This document shows, piece by piece, positions 29,101 through 37,354 of a DNA stretch of 64,000 bases (position 1 is the stretch's first letter; each line of letters opens with the position of its first letter). Made by a program: the position numbers and the translations under genes. Source of the stretch: Candidatus Enterousia sp. (GTDB lineage: Bacteria > Pseudomonadota > Alphaproteobacteria > Rs-D84). Under the pieces are notes generated by a model. That model saw only the letters and a list, made by a program, of their open reading frames with translations, was not told where the DNA came from and searched no databases. The stretch spans positions 24,525 to 88,524 of the forward strand of contig JAZQCG010000001.1 in assembly GCA_045546155.1 (NCBI GenBank), given 5' to 3'.

Positions 29101-29157
29101 TAATTCGTGTTCTAATTCTGTGAAATTAGCACGTGGGTCGGTTTTTGGATATGACAT
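26134..29157 (-). CDS. ileS: Isoleucine--tRNA ligase (type 2, eukaryote-like)
   Basis: FSFFDGPPFANGLPHWGHL (HIGH region) and KFSKS (KMSKS). Length 1007 aa and no E. coli-type C-terminal Zn finger seen. Confidence 0.94.
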   Translation of the reverse strand: MSYPKTDPRANFTELEHELLAYWRENDTFHKTLEKTKLGHPFSFFDGPPFANGLPHWGHLGVSVVKDMVSRFQTMSGRYVNRELGWDCHGLPAENSVEKKVGKSAKDIVANDGIAAFCDMCRSDVMTYTNEWNAFITRMGRWVDIGDGYGYKTMNKDYMESMLWTLKSLYEKGLLYKDYSVNPFDWVNGTVVSNSEASQDYREIVDDAVTVWFELENGDRVIAWTTTPWTLPANSALAVNPNMTYLRMADSDGAIYIVAESRLKAYEKQFANATEVGRIKGSDLAGMHYTPLFPYYAGQSELLFQVIPADYVSDSDGTGIVHIAPAYGADDFWAAKAIDAKFPVLLNVDNYGNFDETVTDFAGENIFAATPKILDWLKSNGRLVKKEQYKHSYPFGDRSKEKLIYRATDSWYIDVPKIKDKLIANNNMVNWTSAGERFRSWIENARPWSISRNRFWGMPLPIWEKDGEFKVFGSIAEIEEFFGVKIDDLHRPTLDKLTKDGWTRIPDVLDCWVESGSMPWASLHYPFENQERFEATFPADYIIEGQDQTRGWFYALMVLATALFDKPAFRAVSANGMIVDENKKKFSKSLKNFVNPEQQIEQYGADAIRLFVLGSNFMKAEPVPVDKEGKVFVESTKTIQTPLWNAYHFFTLYANAGNVTAHEIVNPTNALDKYILAELNVLIDVVKNALTEYKPDVAIKEFVRFLDILNNWYIRRGRARFWDEAQDAFDTLYTVLITLCRTLAPFAPFVSEYIYRNLTGEESVHLTDFPTAAAFDKKIVDDMRRVQSVVSTGKQLREQYKLRNRLPLANMTIAGTDLSAYADIIREELNVKTIQFVENIGDVADSFIYLITPKIGARLGGALKEIIPAVKRGDYEFNGDKLIAAGHELNADEFENRLTVKNDVTGAALPDNTAVVVLDTNVTADLVAEGLANDALRFIQDTRKAAGLDVSDRIVLTYSGDPAIVNAIEQHQKRIMREALITQMVAGDGEYSTEIEGYNLNISVKKA

Positions 29158-29295
29158 AAAATACTCCGTATTTATATTGTTCTTTTTATTATTAAAAAAA
29201 GGCGCATATGCGCCCCAGCCACCGCCAAAGCGCGTGCGACTATTATCTAATAATAATTATTGTTGCCTGTTTCATTATTTTTACTTTTTTATTTC

Positions 29296-29371
29296 TGGTG
29301 CCGGTGATAGGACTTGAACCTACGACCCCCTCATTACGAATGAGATGCTCTACCAGCTGAGCTACACCGGC
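29296..29371 (-). tRNA. tRNA-Thr (anticodon CGU)
   Basis: Manual cloverleaf: GCCGGTG/CACCGGC acceptor, GCTC-AGCTGGTA-GAGC D arm, anticodon loop TTCGTAA, GTAGG-TTCAAGT-CCTAT T arm, encoded CCA. Confidence 0.9.
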
Positions 29372-29418
29372 GTCGCAACCGACTATAGACCATATTTATG
29401 ATAATTTCCAGTGGTTTT

Positions 29419-29991
29419 TTACTTAATTGGTCTGGCGATATACGCATTAACATATGTTGGTGTGCGCTGTGGATTTTGTGGGTCGTATTGAACGCCATTG
29501 TCATCAATTGTTAATTTTATATCGCCGTATCCAATGCCACTTTGATTGCGTGTATCATTTTTGTGCAGCAAACGTGTTGAATCAGCGATTCTTAATTCAA
29601 TACTATTGTTGCAACGGCTGATAATTTTATCAACAATCATCATATGCCCATTGCCATCATCGTATACAATTATTAAAATATCATCGCTGTTTATATCAAG
29701 AATATCTTTGTGGATTTTCCAGTAATGCAAACTTTCTGGCTGGGTGTAAAATCGTTCAAAATCTTGGCAATAAAAGCGATTGATTTTTAAAAAATCAGTA
29801 TTTTTTAGATGGTTTCTAATTTCAGCCAGTGCCCGCAAATATCCATTTATCCCAATATACCATGCGATAAATCCGCTGCAGTCAAATTGCAAAAAATCAC
29901 GATTGTTTTTACGTGTTATAACGTTGGCATGGTTATATTCAGATAAAATATCACCACTTAAAATTTTATTCACAATTTCATTGTGTTTCAT
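29419..29991 (-). CDS. Hypothetical protein, NlpC/P60-like cysteine peptidase signature
   Basis: FDCSGFIAWY (Cys nucleophile context) and DDILIIVYDDGNGHMMIV (His context). No signal peptide. Starts 1 nt after the mnmG stop. Confidence 0.55.
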   Translation of the reverse strand: MKHNEIVNKILSGDILSEYNHANVITRKNNRDFLQFDCSGFIAWYIGINGYLRALAEIRNHLKNTDFLKINRFYCQDFERFYTQPESLHYWKIHKDILDINSDDILIIVYDDGNGHMMIVDKIISRCNNSIELRIADSTRLLHKNDTRNQSGIGYGDIKLTIDDNGVQYDPQNPQRTPTYVNAYIARPIK

Positions 29992-29992
29992 T

Positions 29993-31636
29993 TTATGCCT
30001 TTATTTTACGCAACACAACCATAATTCCCGCCGGTGTCATACCCGGTATACGCGATAAATCTGCAATATTTTCGGGTCGCACAGTATTTAGTTTTTCAAT
30101 TAATTCATTTGTCAGACCTGGTAAATTATCGTACCTAAAATCAACCGGTATTTTCATGTTTGCATCACGTTTATACGCAGCAATTTCACGTTCATTGCGT
30201 GCAATGTATCCAGCATAAAATTTATCGTTTTCTGTAAATATATCTTTTTTCAAGTTATATAATTTATCGTATTGTGTTTGTGATAACAGCCCCAGTTTAA
30301 CACCGGTTTTACCCAATCGTGCGATTGCATTATCCGCCCGCAGGTTTAATCGATATTCTGCGCGTGATGTAAACATACGATATGGCTCATCAACCCCCAG
30401 TGTTGTTATGTCGTCAATCAATACACCAATCATCGCATTTGTTCGATCAAGTTCCAGGTAGTCCATCCCCAACGCATATGCGGCTGCATTTGCCCCCGCA
30501 ACCAGTCCCTGGGCAGCGGCTTCTTCATATCCACTTGTACCATTGATTTGTCCTGCCATGAACATGTGTGGCAAATCTTTGCTCTGTAATTTGTCATTTA
30601 ATGCGCGTGCATCAATTGCATCATATTCAATTGCATATCCATATCGCGCAATGCGTGCGTTTTCAAGGCCTGGTATCGTACGAATCCAAATGTCCTGAAT
30701 GTCGCGACCAAAGCTGGTTGATATTCCATTTGGATAAATAATATCGCTGTTGTATCCTTCTGGTTCTAAAAATACATGATGCGATGAGTGTTCTGGGAAA
30801 CGCATAACCTTGTCTTCCAGACTTGGGCAATATCGTGGGCCAGTCCCGACAATGTCGCCATTATACATTGGTGCGTTTTTTATATTATCGCGAATAACTT
30901 CATGTGTTTTTTCATTTGTATGTGTGATATAGCACGCCGTGTGGTAATTATTATTTTCATCGCCCATATCAAACCAGTCATGTGGTGTGTCTGGCTCTTG
31001 GATTTCGCATACGTCCCAATTGATTGAGTCACGATAAATACGTGCCGGTGTCCCAGTCTTTAGCCGCAGAATTTTAAATCCAGCCGCACGCAGAATATCA
31101 GAAATATTTTTATCAGCTGCCTGGTATGTACCATCGTCTTGCAGGCGGCCAGATGAAATCTTTTCGTCCCCGCGTGTTACAACACCATGCAAAAATGTCC
31201 CTGTGGTTAAAACGATTGATTTTGCTGCATATGCACCATTTACGGTCTTTTTTTGAATATCTAAATCGACGACCTGTTCATATTTGATTTCCAGATTTTT
31301 GTATTCCGATAAAATATCAACAATTGCATTATGATATAAATCGCGATCAATTTGTGCGCGTAATGCCTGGGTTGCTGCGCCATGTGTCGCGTTCAGTGTG
31401 CGCCAATGGATGCCTGCGCGGTCTGCGGCGCGCCCCATAACCCCGCCCAGTGCCGCCATTTCTGCGACCATTTGTGATTTGCCCGGGCCACCAATACTTG
31501 GATTACACGATAATGCACCCAAATCGCTTTCCGCCATTGTCATCAACAATGTTTTTGCGCCACGACGGGCGGATGCAGCCGCGGCCTCGACCCCGGCATG
31601 TCCACCACCAATAACGATTACATCATAATTTTGCAT
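29993..31636 (-). CDS. mnmG: tRNA uridine 5-carboxymethylaminomethyl modification enzyme MnmG (GidA)
   Basis: YDVIVIGGGHAGVEAA FAD motif and GidA core. At 547 aa it is somewhat shorter than the usual roughly 620 aa. Confidence 0.9.
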   Translation of the reverse strand: MQNYDVIVIGGGHAGVEAAAASARRGAKTLLMTMAESDLGALSCNPSIGGPGKSQMVAEMAALGGVMGRAADRAGIHWRTLNATHGAATQALRAQIDRDLYHNAIVDILSEYKNLEIKYEQVVDLDIQKKTVNGAYAAKSIVLTTGTFLHGVVTRGDEKISSGRLQDDGTYQAADKNISDILRAAGFKILRLKTGTPARIYRDSINWDVCEIQEPDTPHDWFDMGDENNNYHTACYITHTNEKTHEVIRDNIKNAPMYNGDIVGTGPRYCPSLEDKVMRFPEHSSHHVFLEPEGYNSDIIYPNGISTSFGRDIQDIWIRTIPGLENARIARYGYAIEYDAIDARALNDKLQSKDLPHMFMAGQINGTSGYEEAAAQGLVAGANAAAYALGMDYLELDRTNAMIGVLIDDITTLGVDEPYRMFTSRAEYRLNLRADNAIARLGKTGVKLGLLSQTQYDKLYNLKKDIFTENDKFYAGYIARNEREIAAYKRDANMKIPVDFRYDNLPGLTNELIEKLNTVRPENIADLSRIPGMTPAGIMVVLRKIKA

Positions 31637-31639
31637 TTC

Positions 31640-32368
31640 TTAGAATCGTCCCATACCACCGTTTACATGTAATGTTTGACCGTTGATATATGCGGCCTCG
31701 CTTGATGCCAAGAATACACATGCGTTTGCAATATCTTCTGGTTCACCAAAGCGTCCTGCTGGAATTTGGTTCAGATATGTTTTCTTTAATTCTTCTGGTA
31801 AAACATCGGTCATTGGTGTTTTGATAAATCCCGGTGCAATTGCGTTTGCGGTAATACCACGTGATGCAACCTCTGCGGCGATGGATTTTGTCATTGCAAT
31901 CATACCACCTTTGGATGCGGCATAGTTTGCCTGGCCAGGACCACCAATTGTGCCGATGATGGATGCCATATTAATAATACGGCCAAAACGATTTTTCATC
32001 ATTGGCATAATTGCAGCACGGCACATTTTAAAACAAGAACGCAGGTTTGTATTAATAACTTCGTCAAATTGTTCGTCACTCATCCGCATTAATAATGTGT
32101 CGCGTGTGATACCTGCATTGTTAATTAAAATGTCGATTTTGCCCGCTGCTTCAATCGTGTTCATCACTAATTCCACCGCGCCGCCATCGGCCGCCAAATC
32201 GCATGGAATTTTAATATATTCGTCACCAAATTCCGCGTCCATTTTTGCGGTGTTGCGCCCCGATACAACAACGGTTGCACCGGCTTCCTTCATTTTACGT
32301 GCGATTGCGCCACCGATTCCACCGGTTGCGCCTGTGATTAATGCGACTTTACCTGATAAATCAAACAT
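31640..32368 (-). CDS. fabG: 3-oxoacyl-ACP reductase
   Basis: TGATGGIG, NAGITRD and YAASKGG SDR motifs. Adjacent to fabD. Confidence 0.92.
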   Translation of the reverse strand: MFDLSGKVALITGATGGIGGAIARKMKEAGATVVVSGRNTAKMDAEFGDEYIKIPCDLAADGGAVELVMNTIEAAGKIDILINNAGITRDTLLMRMSDEQFDEVINTNLRSCFKMCRAAIMPMMKNRFGRIINMASIIGTIGGPGQANYAASKGGMIAMTKSIAAEVASRGITANAIAPGFIKTPMTDVLPEELKKTYLNQIPAGRFGEPEDIANACVFLASSEAAYINGQTLHVNGGMGRF

Positions 32369-32369
32369 A

Positions 32370-33245
32370 CTATATCTCCAATTTCTTTGCGATTATTTTA
32401 TCTGTAATACGTGAACACAGGCCCGTTAATACGTTGCCAGGGCCCACCTCAATCTGTTCTGTGATGCCAAGTTCTGCCATATTCAAAACACTTTCGCGCC
32501 AGCGAACACCATGCGTCATTTGATATACTAATGCTTCTTTGATTTCTTTAACGTCCGTAGTTGGTTGACATGTTTTGTTCAAGATAATTGGCACAACAGG
32601 CGCTTTAAGTTCAATTGATTCCAAAGCCACGCGCATTGCATCGGCGGCTGGCATTTGTGCGCGACAATGAACCGGCACAGACAACGCCAATGGCATTGCA
32701 CGTTTTGCACCACGTTCTTTGGCAACCTGCATTGTTTGTTCAACAACATCGCGCATACCAGAAATTACAACCTGACCCGGACTATTATCGTTTGCAACAT
32801 CACAGTCTGTTTCCGCGCAAATTTCGCGTACTGCATCAATATCCAGACCCAAAATAACGGCGGTTAATCCTGCACCCGCCGGTGCAGCACTTTGCATTGC
32901 ATTACCGCGTACGCGCAATAATTTTGCTGCATCCCCAACCGACAGTGCGCCCGCCGCACACAACGCGGTATATTCCCCCAAACTGTGTCCTGCGACATAT
33001 TCTGGTAATTTTGCACCCGCCGCGCGTAACATTGCGATTGACGTTGCCATAATTGCCGGTTGAACATTTGCTGTCAATGTTAGTGTTTCTGCTGGCCCAT
33101 TGAATATAATGTCTGATAATTTTTCGCCCAATGCTGCATCCATTGCATCAAATACAGCGCGTGCATCTGCATTATTTTCATAAAGTTCCTTTCCCATACC
33201 TACGCTTTGTGCACCCTGGCCGGGGAAAACAAAAATAGATGACAT
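32370..33245 (-). CDS. fabD: Malonyl CoA-ACP transacylase
   Basis: FVFPGQGAQ and GHSLGEY motifs. Start set at MSSIFVF (the track ORF extends to 33269). Confidence 0.92.
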   Translation of the reverse strand: MSSIFVFPGQGAQSVGMGKELYENNADARAVFDAMDAALGEKLSDIIFNGPAETLTLTANVQPAIMATSIAMLRAAGAKLPEYVAGHSLGEYTALCAAGALSVGDAAKLLRVRGNAMQSAAPAGAGLTAVILGLDIDAVREICAETDCDVANDNSPGQVVISGMRDVVEQTMQVAKERGAKRAMPLALSVPVHCRAQMPAADAMRVALESIELKAPVVPIILNKTCQPTTDVKEIKEALVYQMTHGVRWRESVLNMAELGITEQIEVGPGNVLTGLCSRITDKIIAKKLEI

Positions 33246-33274
33246 ATTTTGTCCTTTGTTAAATTGCAATTAAA

Positions 33275-33820
33275 TTATACTTTGCGAATACTAAATTCGC
33301 AACCGCAATAATTTTGGCGATAAAAATCCGAAGCGCGATTTATTTGCACGCGCAGATTTTCATCCCATTTAATTGGTAAATATTCAACGTTGTCGCATGC
33401 GACCCGTGCGGCACGGTCTACTTGGGTCTGGTCTTTGTGGCGGGAAACGCCCAGCACACTTGCAATCGCGTTGTATCCATTTTCGCGTGCAAATTGTGCC
33501 GCCCGCCGGAAACGATATTCAAAACACAGTGAACAACGTGCACCGCGTTCGGGCGAATATTCGAATCCGCGCACTGCCGCCCGCCATGCATCGTGATCGT
33601 ATTCCAGAACCGCGTATTTTGCGCCAACAGATTCACAGTATTTTATCTGTTCGGCCATACGTTTTGTGTATTCAGATTCTGGAAAAATATTTGGATTAAA
33701 AAACAGAACGATAAAATCATCGACATTGTCAATTGCGCCATCGACCAATTGTTTAATTGCACCCGCCGAACATGGCGCACAACATGACAATAATACAACG
33801 CGTAATTTTTCGTTATTCAT
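33275..33820 (-). CDS. queH: Epoxyqueuosine reductase QueH (DUF208)
   Basis: LLSCCAPCS N-terminal motif and C-terminal YCGCEFS. Confidence 0.85.
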   Translation of the reverse strand: MNNEKLRVVLLSCCAPCSAGAIKQLVDGAIDNVDDFIVLFFNPNIFPESEYTKRMAEQIKYCESVGAKYAVLEYDHDAWRAAVRGFEYSPERGARCSLCFEYRFRRAAQFARENGYNAIASVLGVSRHKDQTQVDRAARVACDNVEYLPIKWDENLRVQINRASDFYRQNYCGCEFSIRKV

Positions 33821-34156
33821 TTATTTACAGTTTCTGTAAATTTGATGTGTGTGCAATTTTATTGCGCGATTCATAACCTTTTGCGCGGCTTCGATTTCAT
33901 CCAAAGAATGTGTTTGTATCGTAATTTCGGGTACATTGTTGTCTGAAATTTTATATTCTACGTTTGGCAAACGCTCTGAAATATAAGTTGCCAATTTGCA
34001 TGTTTTCCCAATTTGGCATACCGGCACAAAAGAAGGATTGTTAAACTTTTGCGCAGATTGCCGACATTGATTGCATTGCATGGTCGCCTTGGTCAAATAC
34101 CCCATAGATGCAGGTGTCGTCTTGATGTATATTTTTACATTTTTAAACTGTGTCAT
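33821..34156 (-). CDS. Hypothetical protein (about 111 aa)
   Basis: ORF wedged between the metG stop (34170) and the queH start (33820). Start taken at MTQFKNV to avoid overlapping metG. Contains CNQC...C...C. Confidence 0.5.
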   Translation of the reverse strand: MTQFKNVKIYIKTTPASMGYLTKATMQCNQCRQSAQKFNNPSFVPVCQIGKTCKLATYISERLPNVEYKISDNNVPEITIQTHSLDEIEAAQKVMNRAIKLHTHQIYRNCK

Positions 34157-34169
34157 TTTATACCTTTTT

Positions 34170-36161
34170 TTATTTAGTAAACACCGAACCGATAATCGCA
34201 TCATTGTCTAATTCAATAATATTTTTATCATCATCGCCAACCCCCAGTTCGGCTGCCCCACACATCATGCCAAATGATTCAACACCGGCAACAGTACGCT
34301 GGGCGATTGGTTTTTTGATTGTTGGCAATTGTGCCCCAACCTGTGCCAGTACACTTATCATCCCGGCACGTACATTTGGCGCGGCACATACGATTTGTAC
34401 CGGTGCGTCCGCCCCGAAATCTACCGACAAAATATGCAGGTCTTCGCGTGACGGATGATTTTCAACAGAAACTATTTTCGCAACAACTGGTTTTATTGTG
34501 TTGTCTTCTTTCTTTGGTGCGTATTTTTCGGTTAATTGTGCAACCGTTTCATCATCAATACGATTGAACAGGTTTTCCGGCACAACGAATTCTGTCCCAT
34601 CGGCAATGCGATTTTCGTATTTAGTTGGCCATGATAAATCATGTGTCGTTGTAAACACGTTTTGCATTTTTGTTGCAGCGGTTGGAATAAACGGTGCGGA
34701 TACACGTGCATATAAATCAATTAATTGGAAACATTGGTTTAATACTGCGCCCGCCGCATCCATATCGCCATTTTTTACCAATGCCCATGGCTCGTGTACG
34801 GTCATATATTCATTTCCAATTGCATACAGACCACGTAACGCCGTAATTGCCGCGCGGAATTCACATGCATCCAGTGCTGCGGTTAATTCGGTCAGTTTTT
34901 CGTTAATCTGTGATTCTAAACTTGAATCCATTGCGCCCGCACTTGGAACATTATTACCAAAATTTTTCGCGGTTAATTTGCATACGCGTGATACAAAGTT
35001 CCCCAACATCCCGTTCAGGTCTTTGTTCACAATATCGGCAAAACGTGCGATTGTGAAATCTGTATCATCTGTTTCTGGTGCACTTGCCATCAGCGCATAC
35101 CGCCAGCAATCGGCGGGTGCCTCTGAAATTGCACTATCAAGGAATATTCCACGCTTTTGCGATTTGGAAAATTTTCCCCCTTCAAAGTTCAGGAAATTCA
35201 TCCCCTTTAACATATCGACCGTTTTCCAGTTATCGTTCATCGCCAACTGTTGTTCTGGGAAAAACACAGAATGGAATTTAATATTATCCTTGCCCATAAA
35301 TTGTGCATAGTGCGCATCCGGATTTTTCCACCACGATGCCCAGTCTTCATTTGCATATTGTGATATCGAAACATATCCCCACGGGGCATCAAACCAAACA
35401 TAGAAAACCTTGTTTTCATATCCGGGTTTGTTAACCGGAATTCCCCACGGCAAATCGCGGGTGATTGATGTATCACGCAACCCCTCGTTCGCCCAGCCAC
35501 GTGCAATTGCCGCCGCCGTTTTAGACCATTTCGGTGCGTGTGTTGATAACCAATCCTTCCATTTATCTTCAATTTTAGACGCCAAAAAGAACAGGTGTTT
35601 TGTTGCGCGTGCCTCGATTCTGTCGCTGCCGGAAATTGCGCTGCGTGGGTTAATCAGTTCTGTTGCCTCATACGTTGCACTGCATTTATCACATTGATCG
35701 CCACGCGCATTTTCATATCCACATTTTGGACACGTTCCAACCAACTGACGATCCGCCAGGAACATATTGTCATCCACAGAAAATGGCTGAATTGTTTCGC
35801 GTTCTTCGATTAATCCTTGTTCGTCCAGGCGTTCAAATAATTGATGAATTAACTTTTCCTGTTTTTCTGTGTGTGTGCGACCATACAAATCAAACGACAG
35901 GTTGAAATCACGAACCGCCCGCAAATGCTTTTCATAATATTTATTGTTGTATTCGATAACGGGCAAACCCTCGGCGGCGGCACCAACAACGGCGGCCGTA
36001 CCATGTTCATCAGCCCCACAGACATACAAGACATCACGTCCACGCGCGCGACAAAAACGTGCATAAACATCACTTGGTAAATAGCATCCAATTAAATGCC
36101 CCAGGTGTAATTCGCCATTTACATACGGTAATGCAGACGTAATTAAGTATTTCTTTGCCAT
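34170..36161 (-). CDS. metG: Methionine--tRNA ligase with C-terminal tRNA-binding (Trbp111-like) domain
   Basis: PYVNGELHLGHL (HIGH) and KFSKS. The C-terminal KIVSVENHPSREDLHILSVDFG...VCAAPNV is an OB-fold tRNA-binding motif. Confidence 0.95.
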   Translation of the reverse strand: MAKKYLITSALPYVNGELHLGHLIGCYLPSDVYARFCRARGRDVLYVCGADEHGTAAVVGAAAEGLPVIEYNNKYYEKHLRAVRDFNLSFDLYGRTHTEKQEKLIHQLFERLDEQGLIEERETIQPFSVDDNMFLADRQLVGTCPKCGYENARGDQCDKCSATYEATELINPRSAISGSDRIEARATKHLFFLASKIEDKWKDWLSTHAPKWSKTAAAIARGWANEGLRDTSITRDLPWGIPVNKPGYENKVFYVWFDAPWGYVSISQYANEDWASWWKNPDAHYAQFMGKDNIKFHSVFFPEQQLAMNDNWKTVDMLKGMNFLNFEGGKFSKSQKRGIFLDSAISEAPADCWRYALMASAPETDDTDFTIARFADIVNKDLNGMLGNFVSRVCKLTAKNFGNNVPSAGAMDSSLESQINEKLTELTAALDACEFRAAITALRGLYAIGNEYMTVHEPWALVKNGDMDAAGAVLNQCFQLIDLYARVSAPFIPTAATKMQNVFTTTHDLSWPTKYENRIADGTEFVVPENLFNRIDDETVAQLTEKYAPKKEDNTIKPVVAKIVSVENHPSREDLHILSVDFGADAPVQIVCAAPNVRAGMISVLAQVGAQLPTIKKPIAQRTVAGVESFGMMCGAAELGVGDDDKNIIELDNDAIIGSVFTK

Positions 36162-36277
36162 TTATATGCCCTTTTTATTATCTCATGAATTATAAAGTAT
36201 ATTTTGCATAAATCAATATTTATAAAAATCTTGTAAACGCATGATTTTGTGATACGTTTTTAAAAAAGAGGTTGGTT

Positions 36278-36643
36278 ATGAAAAAGTATTTACACAAATT
36301 ACCATTGTCTGTTGTTGCGGGGCTGTGCCTGATGGGGTGTGGTGGAAATCGTACAAATAACACAGATAATTTATATTCAGAATCCAATGATTATAAAATT
36401 GATACGGTTTACGTCTTAAACACACACCCAGCCACACACGCAACCGTCAAGCGTCTTTGGGCGACTGATAAATCGGGGACAGATTTTCAAGGCACATTTG
36501 ATTTGATGGATGACGTTGTTATGCCCCAGACCGGTGATATTGTTGTTTTGGCATCCAAACCAAATGCTATATTAGATAACTACAAGGTTATAAAAAATAT
36601 CACTGCTGAAAAACGAAAATCTGAATATATGAAATCCAAATAA
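36278..36643 (+). CDS. Lipoprotein, function unknown
   Basis: Signal peptide with lipobox LCLMGC|GG. ATG at 36278 preferred over the TTG at 36272. Confidence 0.65.
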   Translation: MKKYLHKLPLSVVAGLCLMGCGGNRTNNTDNLYSESNDYKIDTVYVLNTHPATHATVKRLWATDKSGTDFQGTFDLMDDVVMPQTGDIVVLASKPNAILDNYKVIKNITAEKRKSEYMKSK

Positions 36644-36669
36644 AAACACCGGCATTTGCCGGTGTTTTT
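36642..36669. terminator. Bidirectional intrinsic terminator, CCGGCATTTGCCGG family
   Basis: AAAAACACCGGC-ATTT-GCCGGTGTTTTT between convergent genes. Confidence 0.8.
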
Positions 36670-36675
36670 GTGTAA

Positions 36676-37311
36676 TTATTTATTTGGAATAATTTTTATT
36701 TCTACACGACGGTTTTGTGCGCGTCCCGCGGCATCACTATTTGATGCGATTGGATTAGATGAACCCATACCCATTACTTCAAAGCGTGACGATTTTACCC
36801 CCTGCCCCTGCAGGTATGCCGCAACCGATTGTGCACGTGATTTAGATAGTGCTAAATTATAATCTGCAGCGCCGGTGCTGTCTGTATGACCAGATACCAT
36901 AACGGTCGAGTTGCTGTATTTATTCAATACTTTTGCCACAGAATTCAATACTGGATAGAACGATGAATTAATATCGGCTGAATCTGTTTTGAACGTGATA
37001 TTGCCCGGCATAATCAGACGAATACTGTCATCTGATTCAACGACCTGAACACCGGTCGATGCTAATTCTTGGCGTAATTCTGCGGCCTGGACATCCAAAT
37101 AGTATCCAACACCACCACCAACGGCTGCGCCAGCCAATGCACCGATTAATGCGCCTTCGCTGCTGTTGCGACTGCCGATTAATGCGCCGGTTGTTGCACC
37201 AATTGCTGTTCCCCATGTTGATTTCGCGGTCTGGGTTTGCCCTGTGTATGGATTAACGGTTGTGCATGCTGTTAATGCAAGGATTGCACAAACTGAAACT
37301 AACTTTTTCAT
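36676..37311 (-). CDS. OmpA-family lipoprotein with glycine-zipper segment
   Basis: Lipobox LALTAC, Gly-zipper GALIGALAGAAVGGGVG and an OmpA C-terminal domain (GHTDSTGAADYNLALSKSRAQSV...NRRVEI). Confidence 0.88.
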   Translation of the reverse strand: MKKLVSVCAILALTACTTVNPYTGQTQTAKSTWGTAIGATTGALIGSRNSSEGALIGALAGAAVGGGVGYYLDVQAAELRQELASTGVQVVESDDSIRLIMPGNITFKTDSADINSSFYPVLNSVAKVLNKYSNSTVMVSGHTDSTGAADYNLALSKSRAQSVAAYLQGQGVKSSRFEVMGMGSSNPIASNSDAAGRAQNRRVEIKIIPNK

Positions 37312-37354
37312 ACTTTCTCCTTTGTTGTGACAAATGAATATTAAACCATAAATC

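Noticed and set aside
34498-35310. 270-aa plus-strand ORF, with neighbours 34319-34567 and 35410-35697, inside metG
   Set aside because: Antisense to a full-length, motif-confirmed MetRS. The low-complexity Ser/Ala/Phe-rich translation is typical of shadow frames.
36656-36862. 68-aa plus-strand ORF overlapping the OmpA-family gene
   Set aside because: It starts inside a terminator hairpin and is antisense to a motif-confirmed OmpA-domain lipoprotein.
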